Notes: generated from the letters alone by a model not told the origin. Numbered from the stretch's first letter, positions 1-8,703 are shown. The stretch is DNA of 64,000 nucleotides from Acidobacteriota bacterium (GCA_046765915.1 JBKPTH010000003.1:63524-127523); one strand, 5' to 3'. Numbers and translations: made by a program.

Positions 1-277
1 CGGGCAGCCCGGCGCCCTCCGGCCACGGCAGGATGCGCACTCTCGCCTCGGCGTGCGCATAGAGCTGGATGCAGCAGGTGTCCTCGTCATGGCCGGCGAG
101 CACCTGGCCGGGGCCGAACAGCCCGAGGAGGACCTCGCCCCCGTCGTCGTGGACCACCGTCAGCGCGACGATCCCCTCCTGCACCTCCAGCATGCTTTCC
201 GCGTCGAGGAGGATCCGCTCGCCGGCCCGGTATTGCTGCTGTGGCCTTCCACTGTATGTCCGATTCTGAGCCTTCAT
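1..277 (-). CDS. Partial (N-terminal) cyclic-nucleotide-binding domain protein, Crp/Fnr-like. The gene runs off the window start.
   Basis: Minus-strand frame reads MKAQNRTYSGRPQQQYRAGERILLDAESMLEVQEGIVALTVVHDDGGEVLLGLFGPGQVLAGHDEDTCCIQLYAHAEARVRILPW... The pattern matches a cNMP-binding beta-roll (G-E x I, FGpGqv.GE). AAGGAGG lies ~12 nt upstream of the ATG. This ORF is not in the ORF track because it is truncated by the window edge. Confidence 0.55.
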   Translation of the reverse strand, partial: MKAQNRTYSGRPQQQYRAGERILLDAESMLEVQEGIVALTVVHDDGGEVLLGLFGPGQVLAGHDEDTCCIQLYAHAEARVRILPWPEGAGLP

Positions 278-912
278 GTCCCTGAACGCCTCCTTCGCCG
301 GACGATGGCGTCCGGCGACTCCAGGTCCGAAGATCGCGCCGCGGCGGCCGGGATGGCCGGCGGCAGGTTCAGGACTCTCGCGAGGGATTCAGGCGAGGGG
401 AGGCGCCCGCGAGCCGGAGCTGCCGAGCGTCTCGCGGCCCGGCAGGGACGCGGCGGAGACGCCGGCGGTCCGGATGCGGACCGGCGGGGCGAGCCGCGGC
501 GCCGAGGGCCGATGGGCGCCGGCCGAGCGCGCCAGGTGCAGGCAGAGCATGCAAGGATCGGCGGCGTGCCCCGGTCCCGCGGCCTCGAGGTGCGAGTCCT
601 CCTGCGGATGGCACGCCTGCGGAAAGACGAGCTTGCCGGCGGACCGCCGAAGCGCGGGCTCCAGCCCGTGATGCCCATGGCCGCCGGCGAGGGTGGCGAG
701 CTGGGCCAGCAGGAGCAGCCCGAGGACGAGCCAGGATCTCGGCCCTTGCCTGGAAGCGTAGGAAGAGGGGACAGGCATGGAACTTTCCGTCGAGCGGTGC
801 GCCATTGATAGCCGACTCTCAGGCCCGAGTCAACCGAAAAAAGAGAACCCCGGGGACCACGCGTCCCCGGGGCATGGGAGGACTCGCCGGAGGACCGGCG
901 ACTGAGAGCGGT

Positions 913-1536
913 CTAATACAGGTCGTTGATGCCGTTGCGGTCGTCGGTCTCGATGGTGGCCGGGCCGTTGTTGCAGGCCGAGACCGACGGATACATGGTG
1001 GCGCCGCTGACGCTGCTGTGGCCGAGGCCCAGCAGGTGGCCGACCTCGTGCACCATGACGCCCTCGATGTAGAACTCCGTGCCGGAGCAGGTCTCGCCGA
1101 GCGAGGCCCAGTTCCAGGCGGTGTTGGTGACGATGTCGGCGTCGGTGATGCGGTAGGTGCCGTTGCCGCGGTTCTGGTAATAGCCGGTGAAGGTGGCCGC
1201 CAGGCAGTTGCCCGTGCAGGCGCCCACGGGATCGCGGAAGTTGAGCATCGGCCGGCCGTCGCCGAGGGTGAAGCCCGAGATCGAGCCCACCGAGGCGTTG
1301 AGGCGGGTGCCGGTGCCGGCGCCGTTCCAGGCGGAGCTGGAGGTGATGGCGTTGCGCGTGCGCGTGCGGCCGAAGTCGCCGTCGGCGATGCTGGACTGGC
1401 CGCGGTTGTCGACGATGACGGTCGGCGGGCTGTCCCAGGTGCGCCGCGGGCTGAGGAGGACGTAGGCCGAGAGGCTGCCCGCGAGCAGGCAGGCGAGGAC
1501 GATGATGACGGTCGCGAACGAAGCGATTCTCTTCAT
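913..1536 (-). CDS. Secreted zinc metalloprotease, metzincin/matrixin-like (HEVGHLLGLGHS).
   Basis: 207 aa with an N-terminal signal peptide (MKRIASFATVIIVLACLLAGSLSA). It carries the HExxHxxGxxH zincin motif plus a downstream Met-turn (ATMYP). RBS GGAGAGGAGACC. Paralog of 7686..8312. Confidence 0.85.
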   Translation of the reverse strand: MKRIASFATVIIVLACLLAGSLSAYVLLSPRRTWDSPPTVIVDNRGQSSIADGDFGRTRTRNAITSSSAWNGAGTGTRLNASVGSISGFTLGDGRPMLNFRDPVGACTGNCLAATFTGYYQNRGNGTYRITDADIVTNTAWNWASLGETCSGTEFYIEGVMVHEVGHLLGLGHSSVSGATMYPSVSACNNGPATIETDDRNGINDLY

Positions 1537-1559
1537 GGTCTCTGGTCTCCTCTCCTAGC

Positions 1560-2126
1560 CTAGTTCTCGAGCACGGCGCGGCCGGCGCGGCGGGCCTCGT
1601 TGCGGATGGACGCCTTGAGCAGGTCGAGACGCATAGCCTTGACCGCAGCCATCGGCCGGCCGTCGCGCGTGATGACGCCGGCCCCCTCGTCGAGCGTCGG
1701 CACGGCGAGCTCGACGCCCGCCTTGTCACGGACGATCCGGTAGTGCCCCTGCTGATAGCCGGTGACCCGCGAGACGCCGTCCTTCTCCGGCTCGAGGTAG
1801 AGCAGGACGCGCTCGTTGGCGCGGAACTTCGGGAAGCCGTGGGCCTCCACCGTGAAGCCGTTGACCGTGCCGCCGAAGGTGCGCACGACGACGACCGACG
1901 GCGCCTCGCCGAGGATCTTCTCCTGCACCTGGACCATGGCCTCCGTGACGATGATCCGGCCGCTGGGCTCCCAGAAGGAGCTGACCTTGAGGATCTCCCC
2001 CTGCACCACGGCCGCCGAGCCGCGGATCAGCTCGCCCGGGGTCATTCTGAGGAACGTAGAGGCTCCCCCTGGAGTGGCCGCCGCCACGACGAGCAGCAGG
2101 ATGCCGATCGACACCAGACGCTTCAT
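1560..2126 (-). CDS. Secreted hypothetical protein, metzincin-associated partner (copy 1). Paralog of 7099..7659.
   Basis: Internal start MKRLVSIGILLLVVAAATPGGAST (signal peptide), preceded by GACAAGGAGGTCCGC-ATG. 188 aa. Shared motifs with 7099..7659: VQG..LKVSSFWE, VRTFGGTVNGFTVEAHGFPKF, VTGYQQG.YRI.RDKAG. It lies immediately upstream of the metzincin in an operon-like arrangement. No known domain recognised. Confidence 0.7.
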   Translation of the reverse strand: MKRLVSIGILLLVVAAATPGGASTFLRMTPGELIRGSAAVVQGEILKVSSFWEPSGRIIVTEAMVQVQEKILGEAPSVVVVRTFGGTVNGFTVEAHGFPKFRANERVLLYLEPEKDGVSRVTGYQQGHYRIVRDKAGVELAVPTLDEGAGVITRDGRPMAAVKAMRLDLLKASIRNEARRAGRAVLEN

Positions 2127-2327
2127 GCGGACCTCCTTGTCTTCCAGACGACCGCCACCAGCGGCGGTCGGATTGAACACCAGGACGTTGTGCCCCAGGA
2201 CACTGCGCGTGGGCCTCACTAGTATCGGTACTCGAACCCCTGCGAAAGGAGACAAAAGTCGATGAAGCGGAGCGGAGGAAACGAGGAGCGGGGCGGCCGT
2301 GGTGGCCGCCCCGGGTTCTGGGCCTGA

Positions 2328-3956
2328 CTAGATGCAGCCCGGCTGCTTGAAGCTGCCGATGCGGGTCTTGAAGTCGAAGCTGCCGTTGTTGGCGTAATAC
2401 TCGGTGGTGTACCAGAAGGTGCAGCCGTCCGACGGATCGACGCTCATCGACGAGTAGTCGCCCCAGCGGTTGCTCGAGCTCTGCTGCACGCCGGCGCCGG
2501 CCTGCAGGGTCACCTCGGAGCCCACGGTGCCGAGCGGATCGCCAGCCGCCCGCGTGACGTAGCGGATCGAGGGTTTGACCTGCCGGCTCGACACGCTGTA
2601 GCCGACGGCGATGTTGCCCTGCTTGTCCTGGGCGATGCTGCCCGTCCAGCGGCTGTCGCCGGTCGGAGAAATGGTGCCGCTCTGCTGAAGGGTCCAGCCG
2701 CTGCCGCTGTTGCGCAGCTCGGCCCAGCGGACGCCGGCGACGTTGTGGCCGTTGACGTCGACCGTGTGATTGATCAGCAGGCTCTGGTAGCTGGGGAAGT
2801 TGCGGTACATGGCGCGGTACATGGTGAACTGGCCGATGGGATCCAACCGCTCGCCGGGCGAGGGCTGGACGATGCAGCCGCGGCTGAAGTTGCACAGGTT
2901 GGCGTCGAACTCAGCCGTGTTGACCTGCGGCAGCGCGGTGAACGTCGAGCTGCTCGGGGTCGTCCAATTGACGGCGAAGTTGAACATCCGGTAGCCGTCC
3001 GGTCCGGCGCCGGTGCCCCAGGTCTCGTCGTCCCAGGACTGGATGAACGGATTGGGCGCGCCCGCGGGCGGCGCCGTGCCGCCGTCGAAGTGCGCCGGCT
3101 GCATGCTGAAGTAGCACTCGGTGCCGCAGGTCAGGGGGCCGAACTTGACCATCTGCGCCGAGAGGCCGCTGAGCATCCGGCTGCGCTCGAAGGCCACGGC
3201 GATGACGCCCTCGAAGCTGCTGGCGAACTGGTTGGCGGTGATGTAATAGCCGTCCGGCCAGACGCCCATCTTCGGGTAATCGTTGAATTTGCCCGGGCTG
3301 ACCACGAAGTCGTAGCGGTAGAACGAGCCGGCCGGATTGCCGCTGGTCGACACCGCGACGCACTGGTGGCCGTCGGGGCCGCTGACGGCGAACTGGCTGA
3401 TCACCCAGCGGTCCGCCGCGTCGTCGTAGAGCACCGTGGGATCACCGTTGTTGAAGGTCTCGCAATCGCCGCCGAAGCCGGCCCACAGGTTGTTGATCTT
3501 CACCGGCCCGAAGGTCCGGACGCCTGCCTTGTTGTAGACCGCGTAGATGAGGTTGATCGTCTGCACGATGTCGCTCGGGCCGACGTCGAGGTTGGTATCG
3601 GGGGGCACGACCCGGCCGCCGACGACGACCGCGTTGTCGTCGTCGCTCAGCCCTTCGAAGCTGGCGCTCGGCGTGGGCGTAGCGCCGATGATGGGACCGT
3701 TGGCCAGCGGATCCGGAAGAGCGTCGTTGCCATGGTGCCGCTGCGCGAGGTCCGGCACCCGGTTGACGATCTCCCGGTTGGGTTGCGTCGCCGCGGCCTT
3801 GAGCGGCAGGAGCGCCAGCTCGGTGAACGGCGGCGAAACGTCGTGCCGGATGGCCTTGGACACCTGAGGCCGCAGGTCCGGGAAGTCCCCGGCTCGCAGC
3901 ACGCAGGGCGCGAACAGGACCACCAGACACAGGATGGCGGGAAGCGTTCTTCTCAT
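2328..3956 (-). CDS. Large secreted hypothetical protein (542 aa), possibly beta-propeller-like.
   Basis: Start MRRTLPAILCLVVLFAPCVLRAG (signal peptide) with RBS AGGAGAAAA. The ORF-track entry 2328..4100 has a longer, implausible N-terminus. No confident family assignment. Confidence 0.7.
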   Translation of the reverse strand: MRRTLPAILCLVVLFAPCVLRAGDFPDLRPQVSKAIRHDVSPPFTELALLPLKAAATQPNREIVNRVPDLAQRHHGNDALPDPLANGPIIGATPTPSASFEGLSDDDNAVVVGGRVVPPDTNLDVGPSDIVQTINLIYAVYNKAGVRTFGPVKINNLWAGFGGDCETFNNGDPTVLYDDAADRWVISQFAVSGPDGHQCVAVSTSGNPAGSFYRYDFVVSPGKFNDYPKMGVWPDGYYITANQFASSFEGVIAVAFERSRMLSGLSAQMVKFGPLTCGTECYFSMQPAHFDGGTAPPAGAPNPFIQSWDDETWGTGAGPDGYRMFNFAVNWTTPSSSTFTALPQVNTAEFDANLCNFSRGCIVQPSPGERLDPIGQFTMYRAMYRNFPSYQSLLINHTVDVNGHNVAGVRWAELRNSGSGWTLQQSGTISPTGDSRWTGSIAQDKQGNIAVGYSVSSRQVKPSIRYVTRAAGDPLGTVGSEVTLQAGAGVQQSSSNRWGDYSSMSVDPSDGCTFWYTTEYYANNGSFDFKTRIGSFKQPGCI

Positions 3957-4108
3957 CAATTTTTCTCCTTGCCTCCGGGGGCGGTATGGCGAGAAACGCG
4001 GCACGGTCGTACCTCTGCCGTCCCGCAGAATCGCAGATGTGCGCTGCTCTCCCTCAGCCCACCATCCCCTGATCTGGCTCTCTTTTTCTTGGGGGCTCAA
4101 CTAGTAAG

Positions 4109-5131
4109 GTGCTCAAGGCTCGACATTGCGAGACAGATTTTGCGAGCTACAATGCCGCTATGACCGTGCCTGCCCTTCGGGGGCCGCTTCTGACGATTCT
4201 GCTGTCGCTGTTTCTCGCCGCGGCGCCCGCCGCCGGCTGCTCGATCTGCCGCTGCGGCGATCCCACCTTCAACGCCCTCGGCACGGACGTCTACAAGGAC
4301 GGCGCCTTCCGCGTCTTCCTCGACTGGGAGCGCTTCGACAAGGAGCAGGGGAGCGCCGGCGAGGAGATCCTCGAGATCGCCAAGCACGAAGGGCACGAGC
4401 ATGGCGCGGCGCGCGAAGCCGTGGTCGAGAATCGCTTCACGACGTCGCTCTCCTACAGCTTCGGCGAGCGGGCGATCGGCGTCGCCCGTCTGCCGTGGAG
4501 CTCCCGCCGCCTCAGCGAGGAAGGGGAAGGCGGCGCCAGCGAGACCACCCGGGACCTCGCCGATCCGGAGATCTATGCCCTGGTGCGGCTATGGTCCTCG
4601 AAGTTCGCGCCGGACCTCGGCCGGCGCGCCTGGCTCTCCGCCCTCGGCGGCGTCAAGACGGACTGGGGGAAGAACGATCTCGAGCAAGGCGGGGAGAGGC
4701 TCGACGAGCACCTGCAGGCCGGCACCGGCTCGACCGACTGGTTCGGCGGCCTCTCCGGGCTCTACCTGCTCGACGCGCGCTCGGCGCTGTTCTCGTCCGT
4801 GCAAGTCCGCAAGACAGGCGCGAACGACTTCGGTTACGAGTACGGCGACCTGACGCTGGCCAACCTCGGCTACGAGCACAAGTTCTCCCAGCTCGCCGAC
4901 GGCGCGCTGGAGCTCAACTATCGCGACGCCGGAAGGGACCGCATCGACGCCGCCGGCACCCTGGACCCGAACACCGGCGGCGCCGTGCTCTACGTGACGC
5001 CGCGCCTGATCTTCGATCTCGGCCGCGGGCTCGTCGGCCGGCTGGCGGTGCAGGTCCCCGTCTACCGCGACCTCAACGGCGAGCAGACCGAGAAGGCGGT
5101 GGCGAACGTGGGCCTGACGTATCTGTTCTGA
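4109..5131 (+). CDS. Outer-membrane beta-barrel protein (C-terminal ...GLTYLF); alternative start at 4160.
   Basis: The signal peptide begins at MTVPALRGPLLTILLSLFLAAAPAAG (ATG 4160). The mature N-terminus has CSICRCGDP. Alternating amphipathic strands and a terminal aromatic F are typical of OM beta-barrels. A 64-nt copy of the 3' end is present at 45964..46027. Confidence 0.7.
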   Translation: MLKARHCETDFASYNAAMTVPALRGPLLTILLSLFLAAAPAAGCSICRCGDPTFNALGTDVYKDGAFRVFLDWERFDKEQGSAGEEILEIAKHEGHEHGAAREAVVENRFTTSLSYSFGERAIGVARLPWSSRRLSEEGEGGASETTRDLADPEIYALVRLWSSKFAPDLGRRAWLSALGGVKTDWGKNDLEQGGERLDEHLQAGTGSTDWFGGLSGLYLLDARSALFSSVQVRKTGANDFGYEYGDLTLANLGYEHKFSQLADGALELNYRDAGRDRIDAAGTLDPNTGGAVLYVTPRLIFDLGRGLVGRLAVQVPVYRDLNGEQTEKAVANVGLTYLF

Positions 5132-5238
5132 GCTCGCTTGACTCGCGGGGAGTGACTGTTTACCATGCCCGCGGTTCGAAGCATCCTGGCGCGATGAAAA
5201 AGCTTTCACTACGCTCGTCTCTGATCTGACCGCTGACA

Positions 5239-5308
5239 CCCTCTCCCGCCCGGCGTTTCGGGCGGGATTTAACCATGGATCCTCGACTCGGGGAGACAAG
5301 GAGGTTGC
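5239..5308 (+). promoter_or_regulatory. Conserved 5' leader module with a GC hairpin (CCCGCCCG-gcgttt-CGGGCGGG, 5245..5266) followed by the GACAAGGAGGT RBS. Shared with 7025..7098.
   Basis: ~85% nucleotide identity with 7025..7150, extending into the first ~50 nt of both CDSs (MKRLICFGVIALVLSA vs MKRIVWLGVIALLLAA). The hairpin is retained via a compensatory wobble in copy B. Confidence 0.6.
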
Positions 5309-6901
5309 ATGAAGCGTCTCATCTGCTTCGGTGTGATCGCGTTGGTCCTGTCGGCGGTTCCGGGCTTCGCCGCCCCGGTAGCTCTCGAAGACATCTTCGC
5401 GGCGGCGCCGCAGGCCATGCCGGAGACCGTCGGCACGCCGCGGGATTCGGGCGCCCACGCCGCTGAGATGCGGGAGCTGCAGAAGCGGCTGGCCGCGAGC
5501 CAGGTCGGCCAGGCGTTGCGCCAGGAGATCGTCGTCTCGCTGAGCGGCGCCGAGCGCAAGCAGGTCGACGAGCCCAGCGACCGCAACGGCAAGTACCTGG
5601 TGGGCGTGGCCAAGTCGGCCGGCGTGACGGTCGACTTCTCGCCCGTGCGCGGTGACCGCGAGGTCAACCTGGCGGCCGGCGCCGCCCGCAGCAGCGCCAA
5701 GGGCGGCTTCGTGTGGACGGCCTCGGTGCACTCGCCGGGCGCCACGGCGTTGCGCGTGCATCTCACCGGCCTCGATCTGCCGGAGGGCAGCGAGCTCTAC
5801 GTCTACAACCGCGACGGCCAGGCCTTCGGCCCCTATACCAAGCGCGGTCCCCTTGGCGACGGCGACCTCTACACCAATACCGTCTTCGGCGACACGCTGA
5901 TGCTGCAGCTCCATCATCCCGAGGGCGCCGAGCGGGCTCCGTCGCCGCTGCGCATCGAGAGCGTCGGCGTCATGGGCAAGCGCTTCCTGGCGCCGCGCTA
6001 CGGCCCGAACGGCGCTTTCGACATCAACAACCTCGAAGCGCTCTCCAAGGCCAGCAACCTCTGCGCGACCAACGCCAACTGCGTGGTCAACGCGGCGTGC
6101 ACGTCGAGCGCCGCCGTCAACACGGCCAAGGACGCGGTGGCCAGCATCCTGTTCCAATCGGGAGCCAACTTCTACATCTGCACCGGCGGCCTGATCGCGG
6201 ACAACGTAACCACCTCGGTGATCCCCCTCTTCCTTACCGCCCATCACTGCATCAGCAGCAGCGGCGAGGCCTCCAGCCTGGAGACCTACTTCGACTACCA
6301 GACCACGTGCAGCAACCCCAACTGCACGCAGCCCTACAACAACACGGGCGAGACGGTGGGCGCCACCATCAAGGCCACCAACTCTTCCAGCGATTACTCG
6401 CTGGTGCAGCTCTCGTCGACGCCGGTGACGCCCGACGGCGTCGCCGCCTACCTCGGCTGGCTGAGCACGGCGGTGGCCAACACCAACAACTACGCGCTCT
6501 ACCGCATCAGCCATCCCAAGGGCTCGCCCCAGGCCTACACCGAGGGCGTGGTCGACACCAACAAGCCCACCTGCCGCTCCTTGCCGCGCGGCAGCTTCAT
6601 CTACAGCCGGGACACCCTGGGTGCGACGGAAGGCGGCAGCAGCGGCTCGCCGGTGGTCAACAGCTCCGGCCAGATCGTCGGCCAGCTCTACGGCGCCTGC
6701 GGCACCAACCTCAACGACGTCTGCGACGCGGCGAACAACGCCACGGTCGACGGCGCCTTCGCGGCCAGCTATCCCGCCCTGGCGCCCTTCCTGAGCCCGG
6801 GCGGCGGCGGCTGCGGCGCGGCGGGCTCGAGCTGCACCAGCAACAGCCAGTGCTGCTCCAACAGTTGCAAGGGCAAGCCGGGATCGCAGACCTGCAAGTG
6901 A
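5309..6901 (+). CDS. Secreted S1-family (trypsin/lysyl-endopeptidase-like) serine protease with a C-terminal Cys-rich tail.
   Basis: 530 aa with a signal peptide. Catalytic His context LTAHHC and Ser context GGSSGSPVV. C-terminal CGAAGSSCTSNSQCCSNSCKGKPGSQTCK (6 Cys in 30 aa). Strong RBS GACAAGGAGGT. Confidence 0.85.
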   Translation: MKRLICFGVIALVLSAVPGFAAPVALEDIFAAAPQAMPETVGTPRDSGAHAAEMRELQKRLAASQVGQALRQEIVVSLSGAERKQVDEPSDRNGKYLVGVAKSAGVTVDFSPVRGDREVNLAAGAARSSAKGGFVWTASVHSPGATALRVHLTGLDLPEGSELYVYNRDGQAFGPYTKRGPLGDGDLYTNTVFGDTLMLQLHHPEGAERAPSPLRIESVGVMGKRFLAPRYGPNGAFDINNLEALSKASNLCATNANCVVNAACTSSAAVNTAKDAVASILFQSGANFYICTGGLIADNVTTSVIPLFLTAHHCISSSGEASSLETYFDYQTTCSNPNCTQPYNNTGETVGATIKATNSSSDYSLVQLSSTPVTPDGVAAYLGWLSTAVANTNNYALYRISHPKGSPQAYTEGVVDTNKPTCRSLPRGSFIYSRDTLGATEGGSSGSPVVNSSGQIVGQLYGACGTNLNDVCDAANNATVDGAFAASYPALAPFLSPGGGGCGAAGSSCTSNSQCCSNSCKGKPGSQTCK

Positions 6902-6929
6902 GCTGAGCATTTCCTTGCTGCAAGAGAAA

Positions 6930-6956
6930 GGGGCCTGCGGGCCCCTTTTCCTTTTT
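6930..6956 (+). terminator. Rho-independent terminator (GGGGCC-tgcg-GGCCCC + TTTTCCTTTTT).
   Basis: Perfect 6-bp GC stem followed by a T-tract, 30 nt after the protease stop. Confidence 0.8.
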
Positions 6957-7024
6957 CGCGTTTCCCAGTGACACGGATGAGCACTTCCGCGCACCTTTAA
7001 GATTGGTGCTCCTTGAACAGGCCT

Positions 7025-7098
7025 ACCCTCTCCCGTCCGGCCGTTCGGGCGGGATGAACCCATGAATCCCCGCTAGCGGGGAGACAAGGAGGTTTTTC
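7025..7098 (+). promoter_or_regulatory. Second copy of the conserved leader module (hairpin 7031..7052, CCCGTCCG-gccgtt-CGGGCGGG) plus the GACAAGGAGGT RBS.
   Basis: See 5239..5308. The identity continues into the signal-peptide coding region of 7099..7659. Confidence 0.6.
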
Positions 7099-7659
7099 AT
7101 GAAGCGTATCGTCTGGTTGGGTGTGATCGCGTTGCTGCTGGCGGCGATCCCGGCGGCGGCTTCGACCTTCATCGCGCTGAGCCACGCCGAGCTCGTGGCC
7201 GGGTCGGACGCGATCGTCCAGGGGAGGGTGCTGAAGGTGAGCTCGTTCTGGGAGAAGACCGGCCGCGTCATCGTCAGCGAGGCGATGGTGCAGGTCGAGG
7301 AGGTGGTCAAGGGCGCGGCACCGAGCGTGGTGATCGTGCGCACCTTCGGCGGCACCGTCAACGGCTTCACGGTGGAGGCCCACGGCTTTCCGAAGTTCGC
7401 CGTCAACGATCACGTCCTGCTCTATCTGCACGGCGCCGAGGGCACGGCCGAGGTGACCGGCTATCAGCAGGGCCAGTACCGCATCGCCCGCGACAAGGCG
7501 GGCAACGCGATGGCGGTGCCGTCCGTGGACGGCGGCGCCTTCCTGGTCGGCCGCGACGGCCGGCCGGCTCCCGGGGCCAAGGCCATGCGGCTCGAAACCC
7601 TCAAGAACTTGATCCGCGCCGAGGCCGCGAAGCCTGAAACCGGCCGCATCGCCAACTAG
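7099..7659 (+). CDS. Secreted hypothetical protein, metzincin-associated partner (copy 2).
   Basis: 186 aa with a signal peptide. Paralog of 1560..2126 (~60% identity by eye). Located directly upstream of metzincin 7686..8312. Confidence 0.75.
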   Translation: MKRIVWLGVIALLLAAIPAAASTFIALSHAELVAGSDAIVQGRVLKVSSFWEKTGRVIVSEAMVQVEEVVKGAAPSVVIVRTFGGTVNGFTVEAHGFPKFAVNDHVLLYLHGAEGTAEVTGYQQGQYRIARDKAGNAMAVPSVDGGAFLVGRDGRPAPGAKAMRLETLKNLIRAEAAKPETGRIAN

Positions 7660-7685
7660 CTCTTCCGGAGAGGTGAGATAAAACC

Positions 7686-8312
7686 ATGATGAATCGCAAG
7701 TCTTCCGTCACGGTCTTCATCCTTCTCGCCGTGCTCCTGGTGAGCTCGGCTTCGGCCTACGTGCTGCTCAGCCCGCGGCGCACCTGGGACGGCGTCGTCA
7801 ACATCACCGTCGACAACCGCGGCAACTCCAGCATCACCGACGTCGACGGCGGTGCCACCGCGGTGGTCACCGCCATCACCGCCAACGCCGCCTGGAACGG
7901 CGCCGGCACCGGCACTCGCGTCTCCGCCCAGAAGGGGTCGGTCGCGGGCTTCCAACTCGGCGACCGCATCGTCATGCTCAACTTCCAGGATCCCGTCCAT
8001 GCCTGCAACGGCTCCTGCCTGGCGGCCACCTTCACCGGCTACTACGAGCCGCGTGGCGACGGCACGAACCGCATCTACGACGCCGACATCGTGACCAACA
8101 AGAGGAATCCCCTCACGTCGACGCTCGAGCCGGACGGCTGCTCCGGCGAGTACTATGTCGAGGGCATCATGGTGCACGAGGTGGGGCACGTGCTGGGCCT
8201 CGCCCACACCACCGTCACCGGCGCCACGATGTACCCCTCGGTCTCGGCCTGCAACAACAATCCCGCCAGCACCGAGGCGGACGACCGCGCCGGCATCAAC
8301 GACCTGTACTAG
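7686..8312 (+). CDS. Secreted zinc metalloprotease, metzincin-like (HEVGHVLGLAHT). Paralog of 913..1536.
   Basis: 208 aa with a signal peptide, the HExxHxxGxxH motif and a conserved ATMYPSVSACNN...DDRAGINDLY C-terminus. RBS GGAGAGGTGAGA. Confidence 0.85.
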   Translation: MMNRKSSVTVFILLAVLLVSSASAYVLLSPRRTWDGVVNITVDNRGNSSITDVDGGATAVVTAITANAAWNGAGTGTRVSAQKGSVAGFQLGDRIVMLNFQDPVHACNGSCLAATFTGYYEPRGDGTNRIYDADIVTNKRNPLTSTLEPDGCSGEYYVEGIMVHEVGHVLGLAHTTVTGATMYPSVSACNNNPASTEADDRAGINDLY

Positions 8313-8337
8313 CCGCAAGCCGTATCGCGAAGATCGG

Positions 8338-8369
8338 GACCCTCCTGGCGAGGGTCCCTTTTCTTTTCT
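8338..8369 (+). terminator. Rho-independent terminator (GGGACCCTC-ctggc-GAGGGTCCC + TTTTCTTTTCT).
   Basis: 9-bp stem followed by a T-tract, downstream of metzincin copy 2. Confidence 0.8.
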
Positions 8370-8463
8370 GCGGTCGGACCTGTCTCGTTCCATGGGCCAG
8401 CCACACTAGAGGAATTGAGCCTGGAGTGATGCAGCGCCAGGAGATCATGGAAAGGAGTCGCTG

Positions 8464-8703
8464 ATGAAGAGACTCAAAATTCTCGCGCTCGCCGCGGCCG
8501 TCATGCTGAGCATCGTCGCCGTCGAGGCCTCGAACTGGACCTTCCAGGGTTGCTGGTCACCGTTCCCCTCCGGCACCTGCTACGACGTGTACACGGATTC
8601 CGCTGGAAACTACTGGCGGTGCAAGGCCTGCGGCACGACCAAGAACCCCAGCCCCAACACCTGCTTCCAGATCAATCCCTCGATCGGTTACTGGTGCTCC
8701 TGA
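8464..8703 (+). CDS. Small secreted Cys/Trp-rich peptide (79 aa, 6 Cys).
   Basis: MKRLKILALAAAVMLSIVAVEAS signal peptide with RBS GGAAAGGAG. Mature region WTFQGCWSPFPSGTCYDVYTDSAGNYWRCKACGTTKNPSPNTCFQINPSIGYWCS. Followed by a 10-bp GC hairpin at 8719..8750. Confidence 0.65.
   Translation: MKRLKILALAAAVMLSIVAVEASNWTFQGCWSPFPSGTCYDVYTDSAGNYWRCKACGTTKNPSPNTCFQINPSIGYWCS

Noticed and set aside
5160-5190. tRNA-like T-arm string GCGGTTCGAAGCATCC
   Set aside because: No acceptor stem, D-arm or anticodon arm can be built. It is a chance match in the intergenic region.
4589-7063. 824-aa minus-strand ORF covering the OMP and serine protease genes
   Set aside because: It is antisense to two well-supported genes that have signal peptides, RBSs and catalytic motifs. 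It has the Arg/Ala/Gly-rich composition typical of wrong-frame ORFs in high-GC DNA and no RBS or recognisable domain.
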